A DNA stretch of 64,000 nucleotides from Paramecium tetraurelia (taxonomy: Eukaryota): positions 186,001 to 250,000 of the forward strand of contig CT868012.1 of the NCBI GenBank assembly GCA_000165425.1, given 5' to 3'. The notes under the pieces were generated by a model, which was given only the letters and a program-made list of their open reading frames with translations, did not search any database and was not told where the DNA came from. The position numbers and the translations under genes were made by a program. Numbering within the stretch: position 1 is the first letter of the stretch; each line of letters opens with the position of its first letter. Below, in pieces: positions 13,913-26,073 of this stretch.

Positions 13913-16814
13913 ATGAATTATTAAATACTGTTTTATACACAAATCATCCAAAACATCTGGTGGATTATCGGGTCATTGGTTTTTTATGATCCTAATGAAT
14001 ATTTCATTTGTGGTCTATCTATAGCAATCATCATTATTCGGATAATTCTAATTGTATTGGAGAAATGGGTGAAGGAAACACTCCTATATCAAATTTTATA
14101 TTTGCTCCTTAATTGTTTGTATACGGAAGTAAGTATAAGAATGCCGATGAATAATCCCTTTGTTAATCATTCAAATTCAATCATGATTATAGCCAACTAT
14201 TGTTATGCAAACACAGATTAATAGCAGAATATTCAAATTATATCAAAATTAGGATTTCCAGTTTATTCAATTCTAAGAACGCTTTCCATCACATTCATTT
14301 AATCCAATTATACAATATTGGAAAGCTGTCTCATCAATCTGATATTTTTATGCCTCGTTACCCAAGACTTGATAATGTCTAAGATCGATGGAACCTAAAG
14401 TGCTACAAAGTAACTTAATTTAAGTGATCAACATAATTTCAATTCTCAATTTATGACATTTGTTCAATAAGATTCCAGAAGACAGTCGTTTGGAGCATCC
14501 TTCAAAAAAAGCAGGACTCATTATTCACAATAACCTTAGGAGAAACAAGAAGTCTTTTCCAGCATTCCTTTAAATAATAAACCTTATACAACCGAAGACA
14601 ATATAAGGAACTAATTTCCATCAATGCAGAAGAAAAAGAGTTTTAATAAAAAAATTTCAATTGTTAGTGTGGATAAAGCAGATCAGCCTCTTCACACATT
14701 TTTCTAGAATTTAATAAATAGTATTTTCTCTGCAGGAGTAATAATATTGAATTAAAATTAAAAAGTAACCTTTATGAACAATAAGTGTGAAAAATTACTA
14801 GGATAAAGAGGAACTGATAAAGTGTTGGACAGCATCAAAAAAATTATACTAGAGAATTCTTTATTAGAAGAAGATGAATCACCTTTAACATCCATTCCTC
14901 CTCGATCTTAGGCTTAGATGAATAAGGCAACATTTGAACGAATTCTAAAGTAACATCGGAACAATCAATAAGAGTTAAATATCTTTGATGCCTTTTTGCA
15001 TCCTCAAAACTACTTAAATTCACTGTATTAAACAGTTTCTCCAAACTATGAATTTGATTAGAGGAGTAGTATGTCCGAATCATTCAATGAGACATTTGTC
15101 CAAAGGAAAGATGTTGTTACTTATGAACACATCATGAATCAAGAGGGGTGCCCTCTTAAGAAGTTAAGAATCGTAATTATTCCCACCTATATGACTTCTT
15201 CTTAGCAGGATTAACTTTCTTAACCCTCATTACAGAAGGTCCTCATTAACAAGGCTACCAACATAGATGCAGTTCAGCCTATCATTGTTATCAAAATCAA
15301 GAATATAACTAAGAAACACAAAATTGAGCAGATGAATAAGGAAAAAGAGACTCATAATTCACTACTAAAATCCTTTTCTCATGAGTTGAAAACACCGTTA
15401 AATAGTTGTTAGGATATGTTACTGATCATTAAGGATAGGATACAGGATTAAAAATTGTAAGTTTGTGTTGAAATAGCTCATGTTTCAATTATCTTTCTTA
15501 TTCATTAAATAAATGACATTTTAGATTATGCAGCTATGTAATCGAATACTTTTAAATATAGATATACTCTATTTAACATGTAAGAGTTGATAGAAGATAT
15601 TAAATATATTTATAACGGTTAATTGGAATCTAAGAAAATAGAATTTAATATCAAAATAGATGATAGAGTGAACAATTTGAATATACGATCTGACAAATAA
15701 AGGATCATGCAGGTACTTATCAATTTGCTAAACAACTCTAGTAAATTTACTCCTCAAGGAGGTAAAATAGTACTATCTATCAAACCAGTTGAAAATCACC
15801 TTATCAAAATTTAAGTGAAAGACTCAGGCATTGGCATTGGAACTGAATAACTGTCAACCTTAAGAAAGGTTCTGACCAGCTCTATGGGAAAGAGTCTTCA
15901 TCGTTCAAGAATTAAGAAGAGTCTAGGATTAGGATTAAATATTTCTGCCAGAATAGTCGAAGGATTAGTTTAAAAGTATGATGGCACTCTAGAAATCAAT
16001 TCCAAACACAAAAATTAAGGAACTAAAATATATTTTAAAATAGAATACCAAATGTCCTTCAGAGACGAAACTCTAAGAAATCCGATGATCTCTGAATACA
16101 CTAACAAACATAACACTTATAAATAAATGATCTCATAAAATGAACCTAGTCAATTAGAACAGGGAGGTTAGAGTTTGTTAAGATAATATTCAGAGAATTC
16201 TAAAAGTCTTGAACAGATGTCTCCCTCTAAACAGAGTAAAAACACAAAGAGTAGATTCTACAAATTAATGCCAGCAAGTTAGACTGAGAGTTCCCTTGAA
16301 ATGGTCGACAATGCTGTATATAATATAGAATTACCAATAAGTCCTGATTATTTTAGATACAAATCTCAAACCTAAAGTCGCACTTGCTAATTGTGCACTC
16401 AATGCATTCAAGTTTTAATTGTGGATGATGTCCCATTCAATTAGATAGCACTGAAGGCATTATTGCTACATTATTATAAAATATAGGCAGATTAAGCATA
16501 TGATGGATATTAAGCCATAGAGATGGTTAAGAAATAAACATTAAAGCACTGTCAATATTATGCTTTGATTTTTATGGACATTGAAATGCCAGGAATTAAT
16601 GGATTCTAAGCAACAAGAGAAGTAATCAAATTTATTTATTATATATTAGATACTTGAAATTACATAAGCCTCTACTGAGATTGTGATGTGTTCAGCTTAT
16701 GATACGGAAGAGAACTTTAGGGAGGGAGAGGAGGTGGGAATATCTGAGTTCTTACCAAAACCTGTTCACTAAAAAGACTTGGAACGGATTTTAAGACAAT
16801 TTAGTTTGATATGA
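13913..16814 (+). CDS. Membrane hybrid histidine kinase 1 (TM sensor, PAS-like, HisKA, HATPase, receiver)
   Basis: H-box KSFSHELKTPLNS, N-box DKQRIMQVLINLLNNSSKFT, G1 VKDSGIGI, G2 LGLGLNIS. Receiver VLIVDDVPFN...LIFMDIEMPGINGF...CSAYD...FLPKP. Intron 16622-16649. Confidence 0.93.
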
Positions 16815-17037
16815 TATATTTTTTATTATTTCTCCACTTATTTTAGATTGTTATTAAGGTAGCATGTAAATGGGCGTGTACGAAAAGTATAAATTAATCA
16901 ATTTAAATAATAATTTATCTGATTAAATTAGATCTGTATGAGCTAATTAATAATAAGTATAATACTGTATTTGCTATTTGTAAAGAATTTTCACATATTT
17001 AAATAAAATAAAATCAATATTAGGATAAGCCCGGATA

Positions 17038-19856
17038 ATGAATCATAAATACATTTTCCTTATACAAGTTATTTAAAACATCTGGTGGATTGTCGAAATG
17101 TAATTTATTAAAAAGTCATCAAATTACACATATTATTTTTTGTGTTCATTATGCTTAACAACAAGGTTACTTGCCTCTATAATATACTTAAAAAAACACT
17201 AGAAGTACGACCGATTTATTCTCTTAACTACTTTAGCCAATAATGTTTGCTACACTGAGGCCAATATTAACTTTGAAAGCCAGAATTTATATTTAAATCA
17301 TATCAACACTTTAGTCATCCTTCTAAATTACATCGAGGCCCAAACACTAATAAAACATTAGTAACTGGATCTGCTCTCAAGATTTGCATTTCCTACTTAT
17401 ATCCTAATAAGATTGATCTCCCTAATATTCATATAGTTTGATATCCAACTCTGTGAAGCTACTACTTTGATGGCCTTGTTTTTATTTGTGTACTTTTCAA
17501 AATAGGATGACGCTATGCATTAAACACAATCTCATCCAAAATTAGACCAGTCCTTATAAAATTGTTCTGTCTCTATGCATTAATCGTAACCCAAATAAGA
17601 AAAGCGCCTCACTTAAAATTCAAATAAACTCATCCTCTAACCTGACAAAAACTCATAACCCAGAAATAGTATCTAAATTAACATCAAAGACTCTTACAGG
17701 GAAGAAAGTGCTCCCATTCCTACATTTCATTCTAAACTTAGACCAGGCTTCAAAAGCTAATATTCACATTTAGTAGTCGACAGAAATGACTCTTAACTAT
17801 AAAATTTCTATTAGAATCTTGTCAACGTTTTGCCAGAAGGAGTTATAATGTTAAATAAGTTTTAGCAAATTCAATTCATTAGTTCAAAATGTGAAAAGCT
17901 ATTGGAATGTGATGGGAAAGAAAGAGTGCTAGAATACATCAAAAGGTGTCTGGCTAATTGCGATTTACCAGAGGATGTTTAATCGATAACAAAAACAAGA
18001 TGTAAATTGACATAAAGAGTTTTGGAAGAAATAATCAGAATTTATAAGTAGAATTCTCAGGAATTAGATATTTTTGATGTCTTATTGAATCCGAACAAAT
18101 ACATCTAGGCCTTGTTTTCGGGATAGAACGGGTCATTTGAACAAGAGAGAAGTAGTTCTGGTTCAATTTATTTTTCTGATCCTTCTCAATTATAGGAACA
18201 CACTTTTTGCTTTGAAGGCTCAATTGATAAGGAGAAGTGTGATCAATCTAAGAAGCTTAAGTTTATTTTGGTTTAAACTTCAATGACGTTGAGTTAATAG
18301 GAAGCCATCTCATAGAATGGTTTGACCAATTCAAAAAAGTAGAATACGAACGATATGCCTCAACCAATTCTTTTGATCCTAATTAAGAATACCACACATA
18401 AGAATAGAGTGAGGGAATTGAAAAAGGAGAGATTAATTAACAACTCACTCTTGAAGTCCTTTTCACATGAATTGAGAACTCCTTTGAATAGTTGTTAGTA
18501 TATGCTGAATCTGATCAAGGAGGTCTCAAAAGATGAACGTATAGAGCAATACCTAAACACAGCATAAAGTTCAATTAAATTATTAATCTACTAAATAAAT
18601 GATATTTTAGATTTTGCTGCTATGTAATCAAAGACTTTCTCTTATCATACAACTTCTTTTTGTATCAAGGATTTTATTTAAGAGATCCATGAGTTGTATG
18701 ATCAACAAGTAAGTTATAAAAATATCAAACTAGAAATCTAATATGATTAATCTTTATAAAATCAATTTTTCATCAATGACAAACAAAGAATTATGCAAGT
18801 CTTGGTTAACTTATTAAATAACTCTTGTAAATTTACAAAGCCTGGTGGTGAGATTCTTATACTATTTAGACAAATGAAAGGCAATTTAATCGAAGTGTCT
18901 GTTCGAGATAACGGAATTGGAATCTAATCGAATAAGTTGGAATAGCTTAGAAAATCCTTCTGTAAGCCCTCCTCCTAAATATGTTAAGATTCTGGCCTTG
19001 GATTTGGTTTGAAGATAGCTGGGAAAATCATCAAAGGATTAACCTATAATAAAACATACTTGGACATCAACTCAAATACCAAAAGTGGAACCCAAGTTTC
19101 TTTTCTATTTTAAAACTAAGAAATCATGAATTAGGAATGCTTACTATCTCCATAACAAAGTAATATCACTGGTAGATTTGAAATATTGTCTCCTGCCTCC
19201 TCCTCCCATCTTATCCCAAAATCAGAATCCTTGATGAAAGGTCTGCACTAGAAATTTGAAAGTCCCCAGAATGAATCAACCATCCTTAAAGAACAATTAG
19301 AAAGTCCCAGAATCAAGGACGACCAACAAAGTTCAGTGGTTATTCCGATAAGTTCTTATCTTTTCAAAGATAATCTTACTCAAAAGAATAAAAAACAGAG
19401 TTCAATATTATCTTTTTAAATAAATGCCAATAACAATTGTGAAAGTTGCTCATAAATCCTAATAGTTGATGACATACCATTCAATCAAATTGCATTCATT
19501 TAGACATTAAATTATTTCAAAATAAACGCCGAGTCTGCTTTTGATGGGTACCAAGCCGTTGAGATGGTGAAGTAGAAATTGACCAAACACTGCAAGTTCT
19601 ATAGATTGATATTCATGGATATTGAAATGCCAGGTTAAAACGGTTTTTAGACTTCTAAAATTGTAAGAGTACTTCTTTATATAATTAGATCTCGTAAATG
19701 CCTGGTGTCCAATCAATAATCGTTATGTGTTCTGCGTACGATACTCTTGAAAATTATAATTGTGCCCAACAAGTAGGAATAACTGAATTCTTGCCAAAAC
19801 CTGTAAATAAGAAAGAGTTAGATAAAATCCTAAAAAAGTATTTATTCAAAATTTGA
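17038..19856 (+). CDS. Membrane hybrid histidine kinase 2
   Basis: KSFSHELRTPLNS, DKQRIMQVLVNLLNNSCKFT, VRDNGIGI and SGLGFGL. Receiver ILIVDDIPFN...IFMDIEMPG...LPKP. PAS-like LVNVLPEGVIMLN. Intron 19663-19688. Confidence 0.93.
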
Positions 19857-20071
19857 ACAAAGTTTTAATCTATGTATGTTTTTACTAAAGAATTAATAAT
19901 TATTAATAAAGGAACAGTTTTTATTATCTGACTCAAAATTAACATTTTGATCCCTTATTCTTAAATTTTGAATCCTTAATTAAATATTTTGGTTTATAAC
20001 AAAAATCCTAATTTTTTTAAAACTCTCAGTAATTTAATTTGTTTAATAAATAGAGACATATTTATTACTTC

Positions 20072-22967
20072 ATGAAACTATTCAAAGTACTTGCAACTCA
20101 TATAATATTGATTGCCAATATTCTCCAAAGTTTGTGGTGGATGATAATGGCTTTATATTTGATCTAACCAAATGACTACATAGTGTTTTATTTACAAATA
20201 GTGTGTGTCACCATGAGGGTTTTATAATAAATATTGATCGCCAGAAATTATGGTTTGTTTTTATTTGTGCATATAGTATCTCTTTTTTACTACGTGACGT
20301 ATATTGAATCTTTGCTGCTATTTCAGAATGATTACTCATTGGGCATCTTCTCAAACAGTTTATTAATAATTGTTACTTACAATTCATATTTGAAATTTGC
20401 AGTTTAAAAGTGGAGTTAGATTTGTAAGTTGGGACTTCCATTTTATATTATATTAAGACTAATCTCCATCATATTTATTACTTTTAGTTATTATTCCCTA
20501 GAAAGCCTATTAATAATAATCATTGTTTTAGTTTAATATTTGTTAACAACAGATTAATAAATTGAGCGAATTCATGTGAACAATAACTAAGAAAAAGTCA
20601 AACCTAAAATAAATGCCAGAGTGCCAGAATTATAATTGAAAATAGTGGAAGAGAAGGAATCGCCTCATTATCTGCAACAATCTTTACTAAAATCCTTAAG
20701 CAGAGCCTCACTGATCCAAACACCACTGAAAAGTTAAAGCATTTTGATGAAAGACCAACAAAGCGATTCGAAAATGGGATTATTATCAAATTTAACCAAT
20801 TTATCAAAATCCAACAAGAATAACAAGGGTTCTAGTTCTGAAAAATCAGATTTATAGTTACACATATTTTACTAAAACCTTATCAATATATTTCCATAAG
20901 GCATTTTGATATTGAATCAATTCTAATAAGTCAGTTATATGAATAATAAATGTGAAAAACTATTGGAATGTTAAGGAGGGGATCAAGTGTTGGAGAAGAT
21001 AAAGATATGTGTTAACGATGCCAAAATGTCAGACAATGAAAGTGAAGTCTCTAACTTTTTGTAAACCCCAAAACAAAATAAGTAAATTAATTAATACACT
21101 CTCCAAAGGATAGTTAAGAAATTACAGAAGGAAAACAGAAAAGCAGACGTTCTAGATATTATGCTCTACCCTTAAAAATACTATGGAATTATAGATTAAA
21201 AAGCAGAGCCATGTAGTTAAGAAGATTCAAAAACTGATTAATTGACATTCCAATAGTAGGTGTTTATATACGAATGGTTAATGGAAACTGAATCACTGAA
21301 TAAAATCAATTAAAAGAAACTCAAATTGGTCATCATCCCAACATTCATGACTGGTCAACAGTAAGAATACATATCTCTTCCATCATAAAATAAGTGTTCC
21401 AGTAAATTGAACATCTAAATTAGTAATGATGCAGAAATACCAGTCCTTCTCATCATGATTAAGAATATTACTAGTAAACACAAGTATCAATAAATGAAGG
21501 ATGAATAAATTATTCACCATAGTCTTATCAAATCATTCTCTCATGAATTAAGAACTCCATTGAATTCATGTTAACATATGTTAAGCCTTATCAAGAATTA
21601 AGTCATAGAAAAGTCTGTGTTAGAATATATTGATATAGCCATGTGCTCTATTACCCTATTGATCCATCAGATTAATGATATACTTGATTATGCTGCCATA
21701 TAATCATACTCGTTCTCGTATCGCATAAATAAATTCACCATCAATTAGATCATCCAAGAAATCGAGAATCTCTATAAAATATAAATGAGACACAAATAAA
21801 TCAGATTCAGTATTAAAGTTAAACAGTCTTTGAGAGAAGCAATCATTTCTAATGACAAATAACGAATTCTATAGATACTGGTTAATTTATTAAATAATGC
21901 TGCCAAATATACAAAAGAGGGAGGGAAGGTTAAACTCACTATCAAGTAAAGTAGATAATACTATATTAAAATATAAGTGAAGGATAATGGTATTGGAATT
22001 GAAGATGATAAGTTAACCTTGATTCAAAATAGTTTGAATGGTAATTTGGAATTTGGTGCAAGATTAAAAACTCAACAAGTTACTTAAAAGGCAGGATTAG
22101 GCTTAAATATTGCAGCTAGATTGGTAGAAGGATTGGTTGAATAAAATAATAATTAATTGTTCATCAGTTCAATTAAAAACCAAGGAACAAAGGTCTAATT
22201 TTAAGTTTAGAATCTCATAAATGCTTCAAATGATTAATTTTAATCTAACTTAGTATCCTAATTGACAGGAAGATTCAATTAATCAGGTATTTAGGGAACA
22301 TTAAGTGAAAGAAAATTTGATGATAGATTGCTAATTAAGGCTATGAATTAAGATAGTTAATTTTAGGAGAATTATGTCTATGAATCAGAATCATCTTTGA
22401 ATACTCCTCAATTAAATGATTATGCTAAACAACCTTAGATATCTTTACCTATAAGTCCTGAGTACTTCTCTCATAAATTCATTTCTTCATATAAAAACAT
22501 TTTGCGTACAGATACAATTCAAAAGTCAACTTCAATGTGTGATAAGTGTGTTCATGTTTTGATTGTTGATGATATTCCATTTAATCAAATAGCACTCAAA
22601 TTGATGCTCAAACATTACCAGTTGGAAGCAGATCAAGCATTCGATGGGTTATAAGCAATTGAAAAAGTGAAAGCAAAATTTTCGGAACATTGTTCTACTT
22701 ATAAATTAATATTCATGGATATTGAAATGCCTGGCATCAATGGTTTTCAAACTAGTAAACAAGTAAGATTCCTTAGTTCTATTATAGATCAACGAATTGA
22801 CGAAGTAGCAATCAATGATCGTCATTTGTTCGGCCTACGATACTTAGGAAAATTTTATTGAAGGACAAAAAGTTGGGATCTCCACTTTTCTTCCAAAACC
22901 TGTAAAGTAGGACGAATTGGAAGTAGTGTTGAAGTAACTCTTTTAAATTAAAAGGAATTTTTTTTGA
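20072..22967 (+). CDS. Membrane hybrid histidine kinase 3
   Basis: KSFSHELRTPLNS, DKQRILQILVNLLNNAAKYT, VKDNGIGI and AGLGLNIA. Receiver VLIVDDIPFN...IFMDIEMPGINGF...LPKP. Intron 22763-22787. Confidence 0.93.
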
Positions 22968-23092
22968 TCTTTTTATTTATTATATAATACTTCGAACTTC
23001 TTAAAGCCCTTATTTTCGTCGGTTCAGTAATTTTTTCAACTTAATGATTGATTATTCAGAATATTTTTTGCTAGAAATATTTAATATTAATA

Positions 23093-26073
23093 ATGAATAC
23101 GAACATAATTTTAATTTTAGAAGGAATGTAATGCATATGGTGGATAACGTTATGCATCATTTTCTAATAAGATCAATACATTATTATCATAGGATTGTCT
23201 TCTGCGTCGATCCTCATTAAATTAGGATTGTTACTGCAATTTAGAAAAAATTTAAATTCAAGTAAACTATTAGCGATGCTATTACTAATCCTTGTTGATA
23301 CTGTTATCTACACTGAAATAAATCTACTCTATTACCAAGTTTTTAATCCTTTTTCTCATTATACTAACACACTGTTCATAGCAACCAATACATATATTAT
23401 TAAAGAAATTGTGTCTAAATAAATCTCATATCAATTGCTCATGTTATTTTATCCATGTTACATTGTGTTGAGACTATTCTCAATTGTTTTTATTAACTTT
23501 GATTATACAATTTTAGAAAGTGTAATAATCATACTGGTTTTTGTAATTGCTAATTTTGCAGGTGAGAAATCTCTAGTTTCTGCTAAAATTCGCTTAACTT
23601 AACAACTGAATGATGATGAACAAACAGATCGACATATACGTGATATTAAATTTTCAAAATAAAAATAAAATGAATTTAGCCATTTTAATGAATAGCTCAA
23701 AGACAAACTGAAGCTTAGGAACCTTAGCATTCACTCCAACAAACCTCAATCCTACAATGATTTGTCTTCCATCGTTAAATAAAAGGAATCTATTGATTTA
23801 GATAAATCAGACTCGTAATTTAGATTTTCCTTAGCCAAAATTTTGCAAATAATACCAGATGGAATAATTATTCTAAATAAATAATAGAAATTGCATTTTG
23901 TCAACAAAAAATGCGTTAAATTATTGTAATGCAAGAATGAAGAGTTAATACTGCCAAAACTTAAAGATTGTTTAAGAAATCAAATTATCAATATGGATAA
24001 TTGTACACTTAATCAACAATCTTAAAATAACAGAAAAACTGAAATGAATCAACAAGTCTTGGAAGAAATAATAAAAAAGGCGTAATAAAATAAGGTTTAA
24101 GTTGATATTTTTGACGTGCTACTGAATTAGAACAAATATTTGTATTAACTTCATTAAGGCACCTATGATGGAGAGAAAAGCAGTATTGATGATTCTCGAG
24201 TCTCACAAAATAATTAAAATCAATATCATTTCAACCTTTCTTTAGAATCAAACAAATCCTTGAAACTTAAGATCATACAAACACGTATGTCTAATTAACA
24301 ATTAGATTCCATTCTATAAAATGATATACAGATCTTTGGAGATTAAATGAATCAACCTGTTTTGGTGTTAATTATATAAGATGTCACCTATAAACAAAAA
24401 TTCCAAAAGGTTGAACTTAAAAATTAATAATTCTGTCATCTCCTTAAAAAATAACTGTTTCAATTAAGAACTCCTCTCAATTTGAGTCAACAATACTTAA
24501 GAATTGTTAGTGACGTAACTAAAGAATAAGAATAAGAAGTTACTGAAGGATTAGAATTGCTCAAGTGTTCGACTTCTTTTCTTCAATACTAAATTAACAA
24601 TATTTTGGATTTTTTATCATACCAACTTAATGAGTTTGCATATTTTTTCTGCAGATTCTAGATCAATGACTTAATAGATGAGATTGAATAAGTGTTTATT
24701 CCTTATATATTTCAAAAGAAGATCTAATTTTAAATCAGATTTTCATCAAGTCTGTCCGATAGGTATTTCAATTCAGACAAATTGCGAATAGTCTAAGTGT
24801 TGTTAAACATTCTAAATCATTAATGTAATAACATTATAAAGGGAGGAGAGGTGGGTCTAACCTTTCTGGCTAAAGATGATTTAACCATTTAGGTAATTGT
24901 AGAAAATAATTCAGTGCAAGAGAACAGAAAGAAGCAATTTTCATTTAATTAAATAATGCTCAAAAGTCAAGAACTTGACAGCTGTTATGGCTTGATGATT
25001 CATCCAGAACTAGGATTTGGATTAAATTTAGCAGCCAGATTAGCATCAGGTTTAATTGAAGAGAACAATAATGTAGAAGTATTATCGAATTCGGTTGATG
25101 GTAACAGCATAAGCTTTTTGATTCAGGATCGAATAAATAAAAAGGAATAGGATTCAATATTATAAAAAGATTAAATTTAAATATTCAATAAAGAATAGGA
25201 TTACATTTTGGATAAGGAATAGGATCTAATGTTTAAAAAGTAATAAAATTAAATTTTGGTTAGAGGATAGGATCGAATTAATGAAGATTAATATGATTAA
25301 ATATACGAAAAGGACTAAGATGAAATGTTTTAAAAGGAATAAACAAGAAATCAATCCAATACTGGTGGATTTATGACTAGGAATAAATCTTAATCCGAGT
25401 AACAAGAAGACAATTTTATTGTTAGAAAATATTGCTATTAGGATAACACTAATCAGTATGAGAATTCAGAAAAGCTCGTATAAAAGTCTGAAGGTTTGAA
25501 GTCATATGAAAGTCCAAACGTAATTGAGGATCACAGTGAACGAATAATCATACCTTAATCAAATTATTTTTAATTTAAATCTTTTGAAAGTCCAAGGTAA
25601 ATAATAATAAATAAGACATTTTCATTTAAAATATCCACCTTATAATTACATGAATGCAACTCTACTTGTAAAAAGATTTTGATAGTTGACGATTAGATTT
25701 TTAATCAGATTGCTCTCAAAGCTACTTTAAATCGTTTTGCAATATAATGTGATTAGGCATATGACGGTTATTAGGCAATCCAAAGAGTGAAGGAAAAACA
25801 GCAAACCTCTTGTCCATTTTATGATATCATATTTATGGACATAGAATTACCAGGATTGAATGGATTTGAGACTACGAAAGAGGTAAGTTTACTTGTCTAT
25901 ATTAGATAATGTCGATGGGATGCAAGAAGTCAGCAATTGTAATTTGTACAGCTTACGATACAAAGGGTAACTTAATGTAATTTGAACATTCTGGGTTATG
26001 CGATTATCTACAAAAACCAATACTTTAAATTGAACTACTCTAAATTCTCAAAAAATATTAATTAGTTAAATGA
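23093..26073 (+). CDS. Hybrid histidine kinase paralog 4 with degenerate kinase core (predicted pseudokinase) and intact-looking receiver
   Basis: H-box reads KKQLFQLRTPLN (His replaced by Phe), N-box LLNILNHQCN, G1 ENNSVQ with no DxGxG. Receiver ILIVDDQIFN...IFMDIELPGLNGF...CTAYD...LQKP is retained. Intron 25883-25905. Confidence 0.88.
25142..25342 (+). repeat. Degenerate 24-nt (8-aa) coding tandem repeat, about 8 units, in the HK4 linker
   Basis: KEQDSILQ KDQIQIFN KEQDYILD KEQDLMFK KQQNQILV RGQDRINE DQYDQIYE KDQDEMFQ KEQ. Confidence 0.7.

Noticed and set aside
13913..26073. Bacterial contamination or a recently transferred two-component operon
   Set aside because: The genes use TAA/TAG as Gln, carry Paramecium-type tiny introns and match the host base composition. 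Hybrid His kinases are known residents of ciliate genomes.
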